Shown: piece by piece, positions 15,001 to 27,164 of the stretch
How the letters are laid out: each line of letters begins with the position of its first letter
Position numbering within the stretch: position 1 is the first letter of the stretch
Origin: Lytechinus pictus
Lineage: Eukaryota
Direction of reading: 5' to 3'
Length of the DNA stretch: 64,000 bases
Assembly: GCF_037042905.1 (NCBI RefSeq)
Contig: NC_087246.1
Coordinates: 8,992,001 to 9,056,000, forward strand
Notes under the pieces: model-generated
Database searches by the model: none
The model's input: only the letters and a program-made list of their open reading frames with translations
Told to the model about the DNA's origin: nothing
Program-made: the position numbers and the translations under genes

Positions 15001-18000
15001 GATCATCAAAAGACTGGAGTAGCTTGGAGACTGCTTCTGTAGAAAACTTACAACGCTCTTTGAGTCTGATATCTATCTCTGTTTGATCACAGCTGGACAT
15101 CATGGCAAGGAATGATGTGATCTCTTCATTGGCTATTTCAAATAACAAAAACAAATATTTAACCATATTGCTGATAATCGTTATCTTGTAAAAAAACCAA
15201 AAAAAATTCAAGTATGAATGCAAACTGAATAATTTTTCATATCAAAACTACAAGGCCCTTTAACCCCTCAGAAGGACAAGGCTTTTTTTCAATCACCTTA
15301 AAACCACTGTCGATAATAGGGGAATGTTTCAGCAGTCGTAAGACTGGTAAGGTGAACACCAAAGGCAAATTGATTTACCACAATGGGCTGGTGCAAGGAC
15401 TGCAATTTGTTTTACAATAAAGATGCTTTTAAATAAAAGATGCATTTGCATTGGATATGTGCATGTAAACAAGCCTGATCCTCCTTAATGAGTTTCTAGA
15501 TAGAACCAGCAAAATTTACAGTCCACATGAATCTATAGAAAAGCAAGTCTACTATTTTAAAGAAATTCTTGTTAAATCTTTGGTCCTCCGAGAAGGGGGG
15601 TAATACATGGATTAGTCTCCTGATTTTGAAACACAGAGCTATGGGTTCAAATCCCAGCCATGGCATCATTTCTTTCAGCAAATAATTGATCCACATTGTG
15701 CTGCACTCAACCTAGTAATGGATACCCAGTAAAAATTGTTTCCTTCAATACACCAAGTACTGCTAAAAAATGACATCTCGGGCTAAAGTCAGGGTAACAA
15801 CTGTTTCAGCTTTGTAATCCTCTTGCAAAAAGCATTATAAATCCAGCTAGTATTTCTAATATCATCATCATGTAATGTTAAAGACTCCATGCGCATTATA
15901 AAGGAGGAAAAAATCGATCAATCCAACATTACCTTTCTTTTCTTCCTTTATGCTGTCTTTACTATCACTATCCATGTATATCCTCTCCTGTGAATCATCA
16001 GATCCTTCCATATTACAATCTGACCCCTGACCCTTGACTTCTACTGGTTCAACTTTGACCTCTATCCCAGGTTCCTGTTTGATTTCCTGTTTGATTGTGA
16101 CTGGTTCTGTCTTGATTTCTGGTGACGGTTCAGGGTCAGGTTTGATAGGTGGAAAGCTGATGACAGGTGGAAAGCTAACTACAGCTGGTTTGGTCTCGGT
16201 GACAGGAACCTTGAACCTCTCTAGTAAGATCCTTAAATCTTCTTCAAGCTGTGAAAAATAATTGTTGATTTTTAAAGCAAATTTCAGCCAGATTAATGTA
16301 GAGGAGGTGATTTTCTATTGTCAATTTTAAAACACCCATAACTCATTATGCGCCATAATTGGCAAAAAGTATTATTTTTACTAATTTTGGGGTCGTGCAT
16401 TAGTACCGCAATATACATGCAGTTCACTTGAGTGCCCCCCCCCCCCCCCCCGGCATTTCAGTGTCTTAGAAACAGAAAGTTTTTCTTGAAAGACAATTAT
16501 GTCTGAACTTTGGTTTCTTACATCACCAACCCAATTTATCGTAACTTGTGAAAAAGTAAACAATAGTGAAATCAATGGGTTTTGTGAAAACCTGCAGCTA
16601 TTTAGCAAATAAATTCAGTGCAAGTTAGACTCAAGCAATGTTGCTAATTTTTACACGCAAAAGCAACTCCAGGGCACCATTGCATAAAAGTTACCATAAT
16701 GGTAATGGGTAACTATGTCATGCAATGGTAAAATGCATGATCACACTTTTACTGTTGCCGCATCTAAAGAATGGAACAACATCCCCTCTTTCATCAAACA
16801 CTACAGACCAATTTAAGAAATCTCTAAAAACTTCTTTTCTAATTAGTCATTTTCTTTTTATCTCAATCGTACATGCATTTGTATGTAGTTTGATATGTTT
16901 GTAAATGCTGAGATATAGTTTTACTATGGAGAGCGTACTAAATGCTAGTTATATAATTAATCCTTGGTTCTGATTGGCTGTTGTTCAGAGTTACTATAGT
17001 ATGGTAGCTACCATTAGATGGCAAAGTTACCATAATATTAACTTTTATGCAACGGGCCTTATTTAGCATGGATCCAACATTATCAATACTACTTTTAGTA
17101 ATTTGATATTAAATATTAATGACCAGATTGTATCATGAAATTCTAAGCCTATTCCATGATTGAGAAGGGATTTTATAAGAACGAAAAAAAAATATGCCAA
17201 TATTTTATTTTACCGGCTACCCATCCAAAATAAATTCTGAAGTAAAGTTATCCAATAAAACATTTATCTTGTTAATATATACCGTATTACAAAGGATATA
17301 TCCTTCATCAGTTGATATCATAACCAGTTTATGGTATATAATCTAGTAATGAATTGGAATGTAATAGTGACATGAACTTTTGGGGGATTTACCAAAACTT
17401 AAGATAAGCTTTAATTAATATACCCCTATTTATACAATTTCATGAACTTTAAAATCCCTTTTTAAACACTCTTCAATAAAACAAGATTCATACCCATTTA
17501 AAAAAATACATAAAAAATTACATTTCATCTTTAAATGAAACCCTACCTCTAAGTTGACTAATATATTTTTCAAAAAGTGTTCACACTCATTGAATCTGAA
17601 GAAAAATATTATATTGACACCTACATGTAAATGGAAATGAGAAGCTGAGACAGAGGTTAAGTCCTGCTGTTTGGTTATCTGATGTTAGAATTTATCATGT
17701 CAAAGCAGACAGCCATGCATTTAAAAATGAGGTGATAACTAAAAACATACCTTAAATGCTAAATACATTATTACTATTCTTTCCCCATGTCAATTTTTGA
17801 AGCAATTGTTGCAGTAGATAGAATGAAATTGCACTTTCTTGTCTATTGATATTCATTCAATCAACACATTAAGATCATCATATGGGCTAGTTTGATCTCA
17901 CGAATAGTAGTATCTGAAGTCAGTGCCATTCAAACAAAGGGTTACATGGAAAAGATGTAACACTACATGTTTGCATTCAGTGGACTGACAATTTTGTATA

Positions 18001-21000
18001 TACTTGAAATTTATGGCAACTACACATCTGCCATCTTGCATGGTGATGTAGTTCAACCATCAGTCATCAAATCTGAAGGGTATCCCTCACAGCTTCCCTT
18101 TCACATACCCAGCTAGCTACTACCCCATTCTTCAATTTCAAAGACACTGCACATACCCCTAGTATTATCCAGTAATAGTTCATCTGTGGCCAATCCTTGA
18201 CATTGACCCCCTGCCCTACTCCGTGTTTTGGCAACAATCATGCTGTTCATAATTATATGTCACATCAAATGAACCGTACCACAGATATGCCAGAAAATAT
18301 TTTGTGACTAAGTACTTCAATTGGTAAAATACCTCATTTAATCTATTTAACCCTAAGACGGGGGGGGGCTGATTTTTCGCGATAAATCTGCCGCTCGAAA
18401 TTTTTTGACCGCGTCGCTCACTGACTTTTTACAAGTCTCGCGCAACTTTTGAAACCAAAATTGTGACCCCCGGGTACGCGGTTCCCAAATTATGCAACAT
18501 TTCGTAAGTACATGCAGACCCAAAATTACTCAAAAACGTGAATTTGTGTACAAATCCAATGCAAATAGTGTTTTTAGCCAAAATTGATCAAATGTGTCAT
18601 TATTTTTCCTTTTACTGCTTCAAATCGATTAATTTCATCTTGTTTGTGGTCAAAATAAAGTCCCCGGCAATTTCCATTGAAAAAACAAGAAGTCGAAAAA
18701 CAAAGAAATACATAAGAAATTTAGAAAACAATAGAATACATAAGAAAATAAATGTGATGTTGAAATTTTTGAAAAATAAATTTGATCAGATGCCTATCAA
18801 GAGTATGTGAAACAAAAATTAGCATTTTAGGGGCATTATTTTATTAATTAGAGCAAACTTATGATATTTCACGCATAAATTAGCATAATTAATGAGCAAT
18901 GAGATTTTTTGCAGAATTTGATAGTATAGTTTTGTAGATAATGCCATGGGTAACACGCGTGCCAATTTCCGTCGTGATCCACGATCGACGACCAAGATCA
19001 TGAGGGGGAATCAGCCCCCCCTCCCCCCCGTCTTCTTAGGCGTCGAAATAGCCCAGAATAGAATCATGAAGCAACTATAAAATAAGATTATTTTGTGTTG
19101 ATAATGGATCAATTGAAATTCAAAAGAAAAGAACATACACTTACAACAATTATGGATTTTATTTACCGATAAAAACATAAATAAGAATTTGAATTCCTAC
19201 CTGTGTCCAGTATTGATTCATCAATCCCAGTACATATTCATCTGTGTTCTGTCTTTGTTGGAGACGTTCAATCTGCCCTCTAAGATCATTCTCCAGGACA
19301 CTCCGAATGTCAAGTCTCTCGACCAACTTTTTATTCTGAAATCGCAGCACTTTGATATCCATTTCCTCCTACAAATGACACAATATTTGGGATATCATAA
19401 TTTAAGATATTGTCACTTGAATATCAACTGAACAAAACAGAAAAAGTTAGAATCACCAATCAAATATTAAGGATCTTATGATCGATGTGTGGTGATTGAT
19501 TAGTATTGCAAAATACTAAGAGGGAGCCAGGTGTCGTTAAGCATTGTACATCAGTGCTATTTAACTTAGAGTGCTAAACATCTCTGCACTGCAGTGAAAG
19601 TCTTCCCATAACTCAAGCTTTAGTTCAATAAACCAAAACCCAATGAGAGGGTCAACTTGAGGAGATACAGTAAAATGAGATGATCGATATAAAAGGTAGT
19701 TTTATCAAAATCAGTTACAGAAGTTTGAAAAGCCTTGTTGTACTATCTATAGGATCCCCAAATTGGAAAAAAAGCTTCAAAGTGGCTCATTCTGTGGTCA
19801 AATCTCGATTCATTTTTTTTTACACACAAATTTTCAGACTTCCCCCACTATCTCTAAAATCGCATCTTGCCTCCTGACCACAACATATGCAAGGTCAGGA
19901 GGAGATAATCAGAATTGGGTAAAATAAAGGGGAAATCTTTAAAATTGTGTACAAAACAAATGGAGAGTTGTCCACAAAATCAACATTTTGAAGCATGTTT
20001 GCCAATTTGAGGATCGCCATAGAAAGTGATCCAAGACTTTTCAAACATTCATAATTCGTAACCAAGTTTGATAAAACTTGTTTTAAACTGCTCCTCACAT
20101 TTAACTCTTTCCAATAAGATTGATGCAATAATTGAGTTTTGGTTTCCTTTAACATTGTCAACAGTTGGGATATGAGCTGGCTGGACATTCATCATTTAAA
20201 ACAGATTATTTGTTTTAAGGACGTTCCACAGTTAAAGTGAAATCCATGTCATTTTCACCAAACTTTGCACGTAGATACTTTAGAACCTTAATATTCGAAA
20301 TATGCAAAAATTAACATAGGTCCATGTGCTTGATTTTTTGCTATAGAGCTTCAAATTTCACCCAAATTGATGTTCTTAAGAATTGCGCATTCAAAAGAAT
20401 TTGGCATTTTTAGACCGCCCAAGATTACTACAATGAGTTTAAACCTCCATTACTCATTCAAAATACATGAAAAAGGTCATCAAATTTCGCAAGAGAGTTA
20501 ATAATTGTATCGTTAGAATGAAGAATCTATTAATAGTGCTATTTGTTTGCAATTTTAAGTTTAACAGCACTGTCAGTTCTTAAAAATGGCGTAAAAGATA
20601 ACAAAATCCCAATCTGAAAAATGTAAAATTTCAGTAACAAACTACAAACGTACAATAAATGCTGCACTTTATTCAAAATCCATGTCATTTTCACCAAAAT
20701 TTGCAGAGTTGTAGAGGAAGGTATACCTAAGAGGTACAAACATTAAAAAATAGGGGTTCATGTGCTTGTTTTTAAACTATCAGCATTTTTATTAGAGCAA
20801 ATGTGCTTTTTAAAACACCAAAAATGGGCCGAATGCTTAGTATCTATGTGAAGAAAAAATCAAAACCACTCTACCATTTATTCAAACTCGGGCTAATATT
20901 CGTGATTCTTGGCAGCACTGCAGAGTAAAGTATTTTGAAATTGTAGAGAATATTTTTTTGAATGGTCCATGGAATAATTCAATTTTTTAGCTTCATGAAA

Positions 21001-21585
21001 TAACGCATCGGATCTGCAGTTAAAGTGCAGAAGATGAGAAAAATCAGCTCATACCCGCAGCTAATTAATACCTGTTCATCCATTGTGACGTCAGCGCGCA
21101 GAGTGTAAACTATGCGCAGATCATAATGCGCACAAACATAACTGTGGAACGTCCTTAAAGAATCAAAGAGAAAGCTAGACTGTGAAAGCTATACTGAAAA
21201 TGGAACACACTCTGTTGAAGAAAGTGTGGCAGTGCAACCAAACTTAACTTTTGAGATTACTTTAAAAAAAATAATAAACTGACTTTTGTATAAGGACAAA
21301 TACAAAAATTCATTGAAATGAAAGTGAGGCAATAGATACAGAATGTAATGTGGCAGACAATTGATAATTATTTCATCATTCATTTGGGAAACAATCTAAT
21401 TTGTTTGCCCAAAAATCTCTACACAGCAGCAGAATTCAAAATGAGACTATCATCACCTGAGAGGAAACTGATCCTATGCTGTAAGGTTCTACATAGACCT
21501 TTTTGGCGGGAGGCTCCCCTGTGCTGCTGGAGGCTCCCTGGTTAGGAGATGACGAAGTCTCACTGATGGACCTCTTTGACGTCAT
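1..21585 (-). CDS. BRE1: E3 ubiquitin-protein ligase BRE1 (RNF20/RNF40 family), 18 coding exons; last few codons run off the window start
   Basis: GT-AG exons with consistent phases: 21585-21457, 19368-19201, 16248-15933, 15132-14956, 14460-14351, 12627-12418, 11731-11606, 10269-10096, 9343-9208, 7378-7257, 6862-6552, 6272-6188, 5869-5687, 5232-5104, 4607-4398, 3368-3228, 1222-1121, 147-1. Peptides [28 protein letters not shown] and [15 protein letters not shown], plus the C-terminal C3HC4 [51 protein letters not shown], match the Bre1 family. Confidence 0.96.
1372..2330 (-). mobile_element. 5'-truncated, degenerate L2/CR1-clade LINE (ORF2 C-terminus and 3' tail)
   Basis: ORF 1814-2182 has [14 protein letters not shown]...[12 protein letters not shown]...[13 protein letters not shown], typical of the L2 ORF2 end. 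Frameshifts downstream; TTA-rich tail near 1372. Boundaries approximate. Confidence 0.85.
2464..3031. mobile_element. Non-autonomous DNA transposon, TTAA target (Kolobok-like MITE)
   Basis: Imperfect TIRs TGGGGAATCCAGCC / GGTTGGATTCCCAT; TTAA at 2460-2463 and 3032-3035. Confidence 0.65.
3555..4141. mobile_element. piggyBac-like MITE
   Basis: TTAA|CCCT ... AGGG|TTAA termini. Internal sequence (AAGAAATACATAAGAAATT, TTTGTAGAT...GCCAATTT) is shared with 18351-19060. Confidence 0.6.
8139..8957. mobile_element. Tc1/mariner-type MITE with long inverted arms
   Basis: TA|CAGTGCGTCCCA...AAACGAAACCGAGATT mirrored by AATCTCGGTTTCGTT...TGGGACGCACTG|TA; arm similarity continues for roughly 300 bp. Confidence 0.9.
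12829..13439. mobile_element. pogo/Tigger-like MITE
   Basis: TA|CCGTATGGGCACTAGTATTCAACCCG ... CGGGTTGAATACTAGTGCCCTTACGG|TA; the CACTAGTATTC motif recurs internally in both orientations. Confidence 0.85.
13784..13930 (+). repeat. (CAT)n-type imperfect microsatellite, resuming at ~14213-14260 after a SINE
   Basis: Visible CAT/CAC/CTT triplet repeats. Confidence 0.85.
13937..14213 (+). mobile_element. tRNA-derived SINE (CORE-like body)
   Basis: A box TGGCCCAGTGG, B box GGTTCGAATCC, body ...CAGCAAG...CACTCAACCCAGGTGAGGTAAATGGGTACC, (ATT)n tail; homologous copies at 15607 and 51678. Confidence 0.85.
15607..15870 (+). mobile_element. Degenerate 5'-truncated copy of the same tRNA-derived SINE family
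   Basis: TGGATTAGTCTCCTGATTTTGAAACA...GGTTCAAATCCCAGCCATGGC...GCTGCACTCAACC matches the 13937 copy. Confidence 0.7.
16672..17058. mobile_element. Harbinger-like MITE interrupted by a short LINE-like 3' fragment
   Basis: Ends GGGCACCATTGCATAAAAGTTA / TAACTTTTATGCAACGGGCC; related to 47579-47743; ~16735-16950 resembles a LINE 3' end. Confidence 0.5.
18351..19060. mobile_element. piggyBac-like MITE, right end degenerate
   Basis: Starts TTAA|CCCTAAGACGGGGG; internally similar to 3555-4141. Confidence 0.55.
20219..21154. mobile_element. Kolobok-like MITE, copy 1
   Basis: Perfect 16-bp TIR GGACGTTCCACAGTTA, TTAA on both sides, near-identical copy at 55291-56238. Confidence 0.9.
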
Positions 21586-22692
21586 GGTTGCCTCCTGTCT
21601 CGAAGAGTCTAAACAAGTGAATAATCAAGAAAAAGAGCAATGACATCTACACTCTAAGTGAATTTACTGTTTAGTCAGGTCCTATCTGTTGGCAAGCACT
21701 TTTCTAGTTAAAATAATTGAGGATCCTTTTCTAGAGCACCTATCAATCAAACTGGTTTCAGGCCTCCTGAAGACTGCCAATTTGACATTGGTCGCCTCTC
21801 TCAGCATTTATCAGTATAACTTGTAGTACAAGGCTAAAACATCTAGATTTAATTGAGTTCTCAATAAGAACAAACATATTTCTTGGTACTGATTTTATTT
21901 CACCCCGATACCATTCCAATGCAATGTTTTCATCCTCATGATGTGGTCAAGGGTCTCAATTCAAAACTGAAATGGCATGTCAGTCAGTGAATCATATTAC
22001 CAATTACTTTTCATAAATTCAATCATATCAAACATATTGTCTTAAAATTAATTAAATTTCCACCATGAATACACCAATACCTACACAAAAATAAAGGAAG
22101 TTTTGCCTAGATGAGATCACTTTTCTTTTTTACGATATCAGCTTTCAATTGCACCCCTCTTCAAACACGAAATATTTTGGTCACTTAAAAATGGTAATGT
22201 ATACTGAACGTGTGTTTTCTGAGGGAAAAGTTGGAAAATTCAAATTATCACTGATCAGCTATTTTGACCATATTTTGTTGTTTTGAAAAATATAAAGACT
22301 GAACATTTTTTGGCCCTTATTCATCATCTTTCAATTCAAATTCTCTTTGGAAGGATATTTCAAAGTTCTATGCATATTCAAAGTTTTTGTGTTTTTTCAG
22401 CATTTTAAAGTTTTTGAGACCTTTATTACATTACATACATGTGCGTAACATGCCGTATCTTGAATTTGAAATAGATACTCTTTCTACACATTTCTTTTTT
22501 TGGGGGGAGGGGGAACATGCATATCCACTTGTCAATGAAAGTGGCCACTCTGGGACTGGTGAGCAGTGGACAATCACACACACATTCAAAATCAATTAAA
22601 AAAATGCACTCAACTCCATGTTCCACTGTAATCTGCATTTGCATTATGATCTAATCAGAAAATATTGATGCTTCCTTCTTGCAGTTTTGCAA

Positions 22693-22770
22693 TAGACCTC
22701 ATCGCAATTAGCTTCATGCAAAGGATCATCGGATCGAAAAGGAGGCAATAGCTAATTGCGATAAGGTCTA
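22693..22770. repeat. 78-bp miniature inverted-repeat element
   Basis: TAGACCTCATCGCAATTAGC ... GCTAATTGCGATAAGGTCTA; diverged inverted homolog at ~25067-25142. Confidence 0.65.
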
Positions 22771-22868
22771 CCATTGAACTAATATTGTTGTATTACAACA
22801 ATTTAAGCTTTAGTTTACAATGTAGCAAGGTTAGTTGATTGGTTTGACAATTGATTTAATGTTCATAG

Positions 22869-23707
22869 TAGGGCTGTTATCGTTGAGAAAATATCTTACC
22901 GATATCGATAACTATCGACAAAAGAACATAATCAATACGCATTTTTTATGCATTATAGTGATGTCACATACTCGCGTTGGTCAAAATTTGTATCTGCCAC
23001 TGAACCCAGAATGCTTTAAAATATGCGTTCATCGGATGTAAATGACTACATGACATCTTTTAACAAACGAATTTAGCATAAATACATGTACATCCTCATC
23101 TTTCATGTCATTAGCATTATTTTAGGGTTGGATGAAGTTTTATTGATAATTTTTTTGGCTTTTTGGACATCGTTCTGAGCAGTCAACGTCTTTCGCCTAT
23201 CCGCTATTTCGATATCGTGCTGTACATCTTCGAATGTAGAGGGCAGCAACACACGGCTAGGCTGTGTGCTAGCTGCTTTCTATGTTAGTTGTTACTTTGA
23301 TAAAATTGAGCTTGCGCTTGTGATGTTTTCGATTCGATCGAATGGAGTCAGGTGCAGTAACGATGTTTGGATTGTCACGATCTCATCCCGACTTTGTAAT
23401 AATAGGGAAGTGGGAGTGAGATCATGTTTTGTGGCTAGTATTTTGTATTCGTATTGTTGAGATTTTGGAGTAATTTCTGTTGCTGTTCTGTGCAGTTTGA
23501 GGAAAAATATGTTTTCCGTGATTTTCTGTTTGAAAAGCCACTTTCAAAGGGCCGTTTCCGTGAATTCCGTGAAATAGCGGAAAATCTGTGTCCCGACATA
23601 ACAACGGGTATTATCGACGAGAGAAAGGTTATTGATATCGCTAAGTAGCAAAATACAAGTGATTATCGACAGGACAAGCGATAAAGACATTATCGATAAC
23701 AGCACTA
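22869..23707. mobile_element. hAT-type MITE
   Basis: TIRs TAGGGCTGTTATCG / CGATAACAGCACTA, subterminal ATCG repeats, imperfect 8-bp TSD GTTCATAG / GTTTATGG. Confidence 0.7.
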
Positions 23708-23774
23708 GTTTATGGAGTTGTCCTGATTGGTTTTCTCCTTTGTTTCTTTTCCCTTGTTATGGAATGTATGATGG

Positions 23775-24200
23775 TGCTCCCCAAGTCTGCGCACATAATG
23801 ATATGAGTTAAGATTTAACATGAATTTCTTATTTCACAAAATCTATCCGTAAATAATATTACTTATAAAAGTGTACCAAATATCTCATTAAAATTTGAAA
23901 GAAAATCGATTTAAACCTCGGGCAGTCATTTTCAGATTGAAAAAAAAAATGGTACCCCATGTCTGTGCACCCATTCACTTTGCATACGATTCAGGGACTT
24001 TGATGGGATTTCAAGGCTGAATTTTGAGGCCGTCACATGAAATGCCCAAAATTAATTATTTTTCAACCATTTTGAGTCAGATTTTTTAATGAATATCCGT
24101 CTTTGTATGGCATGTGCAAAGTTTGTGTATCTTCTTTTACTAGAATCGCACAGATACATGTGTGTGCAGACAAGGGGGACTGCGCAGACTTGGGGGGAAC
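23775..24200. mobile_element. Probable MITE
   Basis: Inverted ends CTCCCCAAGTCTGCGCA / TGCGCAGACTTGGGGGG. Confidence 0.5.
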
Positions 24201-25974
24201 TTGCAATACTTTGTAGGGATAAGTTTTTTCATGTATAAGATCTATGTCTTTATTGTCTATATGTCACGGTGCACTCGTCACAAGCACTGCTGACAGAGTT
24301 GCTACCTCCATTGTGTTGTTAAATTTTTGAAATTGTATTATTAGGGTGACTGCACACAGATCTAAAAATTTTGGCCCTTTTCACCACATTCACACAGCCA
24401 AAACAGGCATTTCTGACATATGATCCCGTTATCCAAATTTAATGATTTTGGTATGAAATAAAAGAGAATAAAATGCTCCAAATGACCTATTTAGTTTACA
24501 TTTGGTTACTACCATAATTTTGATGTGGCATTGAAAAGGGAAGTTCAAAGTCTCGTATCTTGTGAATAAATATACCATATTTTTGTAATCTAGCGGGTTT
24601 TTGTAGTATCGATAATGGCGAATCTAATGGAAATACTAATTTTTCACCTTTCCTTTAGAATCAAGTGTCAGTAAGACTCAGAAATGATTTTAAAACACCC
24701 TTCCCCCACTACTCCACAAAGCCCAATGCAAAACTGCACACAAAATATCTGCACTCTGTGTGTGGTCGTGTGTTTCAGCTGTGTGTGTGTTGTGATAAAT
24801 CATACTACAGAGCCTATTGGGAGCATTTGGCTGAATTTCATTCAAAATTCATTTATTACTCAAAAACCGATTGATGGATTACTATGAAATTTGGTAGATT
24901 TCTATTTTGCACTATTTTCATCAAGATCTGAAAAAATCAGACAGCTTAATGAAGTGGTTGATGAGAAAGACAAATCTTGCATTCTCCCTAGTATTATCAA
25001 TGCTTTTATCTTTGGAAATAAATGTTGAATTGAATTGGAAAATTGAAATGATATTGGTAATAACGATAGACCTTATCGCAAAATTTTGTTAAATTGCTCT
25101 TTTTCCGATCCCATGATCTTTTGCATGAAGCTATTGCAATAAATTTTATTAAGGTACAGGAAGCATCAATATTTTCTGATAAGATCATTATGCGAATACA
25201 GATTAACTTGTACATGTTGTACCGGCAAGTTGTATTTTATAACGTTATTTTGTCTAGATCTAACGTTAGACAGAGCTTCATCTGTTCACAACTTAAGTTC
25301 AGCCTGTTCAGGAGGATTTCTGACTCATCTGCCTAGCTAGACCAAAAGCTTCAGTCTCTGTTAAATTGGTTGTTCGGCTGAACTCCGTTGGCTCCACTCA
25401 TCAATTACAGAGACCGAAGTTCTAACTCGATCTGTACAGGGACTTAATGGCCATATGTTTATGTATTAAGTTTGGATAAACCAGGGAAGTGGGAGTTCTA
25501 GTTGTTTTATTATCAATAAAAAATCGAGAAACTTCATAAGTCACCGTTTTTGTCCGTTTAAGTTTATATTTTCCCGTTTTGGTGCATTTCAGGCCAAAAT
25601 GGAATAATAATCTTTATTTTGGTCCAGTTCTTTTTATAGATTTTTATGAAATAAAGACAAAAATTGATGAGCCCCGTCCGGGGGATTTTGCATTGTTAGG
25701 AGAAATAAAAAAAATGTAAATTTTTTTTTTTAACTCCTCGAAACAGATGCCTGGGCCTTCTCAGCCTCCGGAAGTTCTGAGTTAAAACAAAGTTTTAAAA
25801 ATACTGAACAGAAGTTCTGTTCATTACTTTTAAAACATATTTGGCATTATCCTGGCCTGATTTAAGTCACCACTCCATTCACTGCCGTTCATTTCATCAG
25901 CGGCGGCGACTTCTTTCCTCTCCCGTTTTTGTACACGTCAACGAGCGCACACACACTGACACACACGAGAAGAG

Positions 25975-26406
25975 CAGAGATGCCAAGTTCAAAAAAATGT
26001 TATGCGTGAGATTTTCATGACTCGGCGTCTCTGCACGCGCGCGGCCAGTACTTACACTTAGGCCTATACGTTTCAAAAAGGCGCGCGCGCGCGAGATATG
26101 GGCTTCATCATGATATCGATCCATACTACAAAACCATGCGATGCACGCACACGATTCCTCGTATCAGTCATACTACTAAGTACTATTAGTATTACTAGCT
26201 GTGCGCCGACTGCACTCTCGATTCGTCTCGCGTGCCGGGGTAGACGCGAAGGCGGTCGGCCAGTGCGTATAATCTAGCAAATAATGCTACTTTTTCTCTT
26301 TTTTTTTTGTCGGGTACCGATGCGTGAAATCGTGAGACGGACCCTGGTCCTGGATGCGCGAGTCTCACGCACAATGCGTGAGACTTGTCTTGGTATGGTA
26401 GCTCTG
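25975..26406. mobile_element. hAT-like MITE with 6-bp target duplication
   Basis: CAGAGATGCCA ... TGGTAGCTCTG flanked by GAAGAG on both sides; CGTGAG subterminal repeats. Confidence 0.65.
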
Positions 26407-26854
26407 GAAGAGAGGTGACTTATTTCAGGATAAGGCCACATATTTTACTATTAATAGTTCGTTACTACCTTGGTTATCATTTACCACTCATTATAAGAGA
26501 TTAAGACCCTGCTTCGCGAGCTTCGTCAATTCTCATCTCTCAGTCTGAGAGACGTCGACTCAGTCTCAGACTCAGGTCATCTCACACTCACAGTCACACA
26601 GCACAGCAGTCAGACTCAGCGTCATTTTCAAGATCATTCGCACTCGTCTCGGTCTCATTTCAAACTGACTGTAATTTCATACTCAGATTCAACAAATAAA
26701 CATTCATTTTACAAACACTACCAGCGTATCTTTACAACATACATGATACATCTAAGTGGCCTTATACCTTCTAATCAAAAGACTGGAATAACGCCCTGTT
26801 TTTCTTGCCTCCTTTTCGTCCATAAACTCTTGGGGGAGAAAATCAAGCAATCAG

Positions 26855-26910
26855 ACATTCTGCTTCCGGCCGGGCCACCGTACCGGGGTCAAGGCGCGCG
26901 ATGGCAGAGG
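26855..26910. promoter_or_regulatory. Candidate (bidirectional) core promoter between BRE1 and the VPS9 gene
   Basis: Local CpG-rich patch with ETS-like CTTCCGG and YY1-like GATGGC about 270 bp upstream of the VPS9-gene ATG. The BRE1 ATG exon has an acceptor at 21609-21610, so it needs an upstream non-coding exon. Confidence 0.4.
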
Positions 26911-27164
26911 CTAGTCTGCAAGCACAGACTCAAATTTGAAACTTTAAACAAAAAAATGTCTAGAAATGAAGACTTGACTCCAAACCCTCTATCTGTGTGT
27001 CTTTTTGGTAGTACCATTCAAATTACATACCGGATCTTGTCTCACTACTTCAGAATCTGTATTATGCACTAGTTTTGTGCGAAATGCGAAAAGGAAAGGT
27101 CTGTGTCCGCAGACTAGAAAAGAGAGAAAGAAAGGCATATTCACTCAATCATTTCCAGAACAGA

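Noticed and set aside
22869..23707. BRE1 promoter/first exon (donor-like GTATGTGA near 22970, TAGAGGGCAGC motif)
   Set aside because: The segment is bounded by hAT-like TIRs and an imperfect 8-bp TSD, so it is more simply a MITE.
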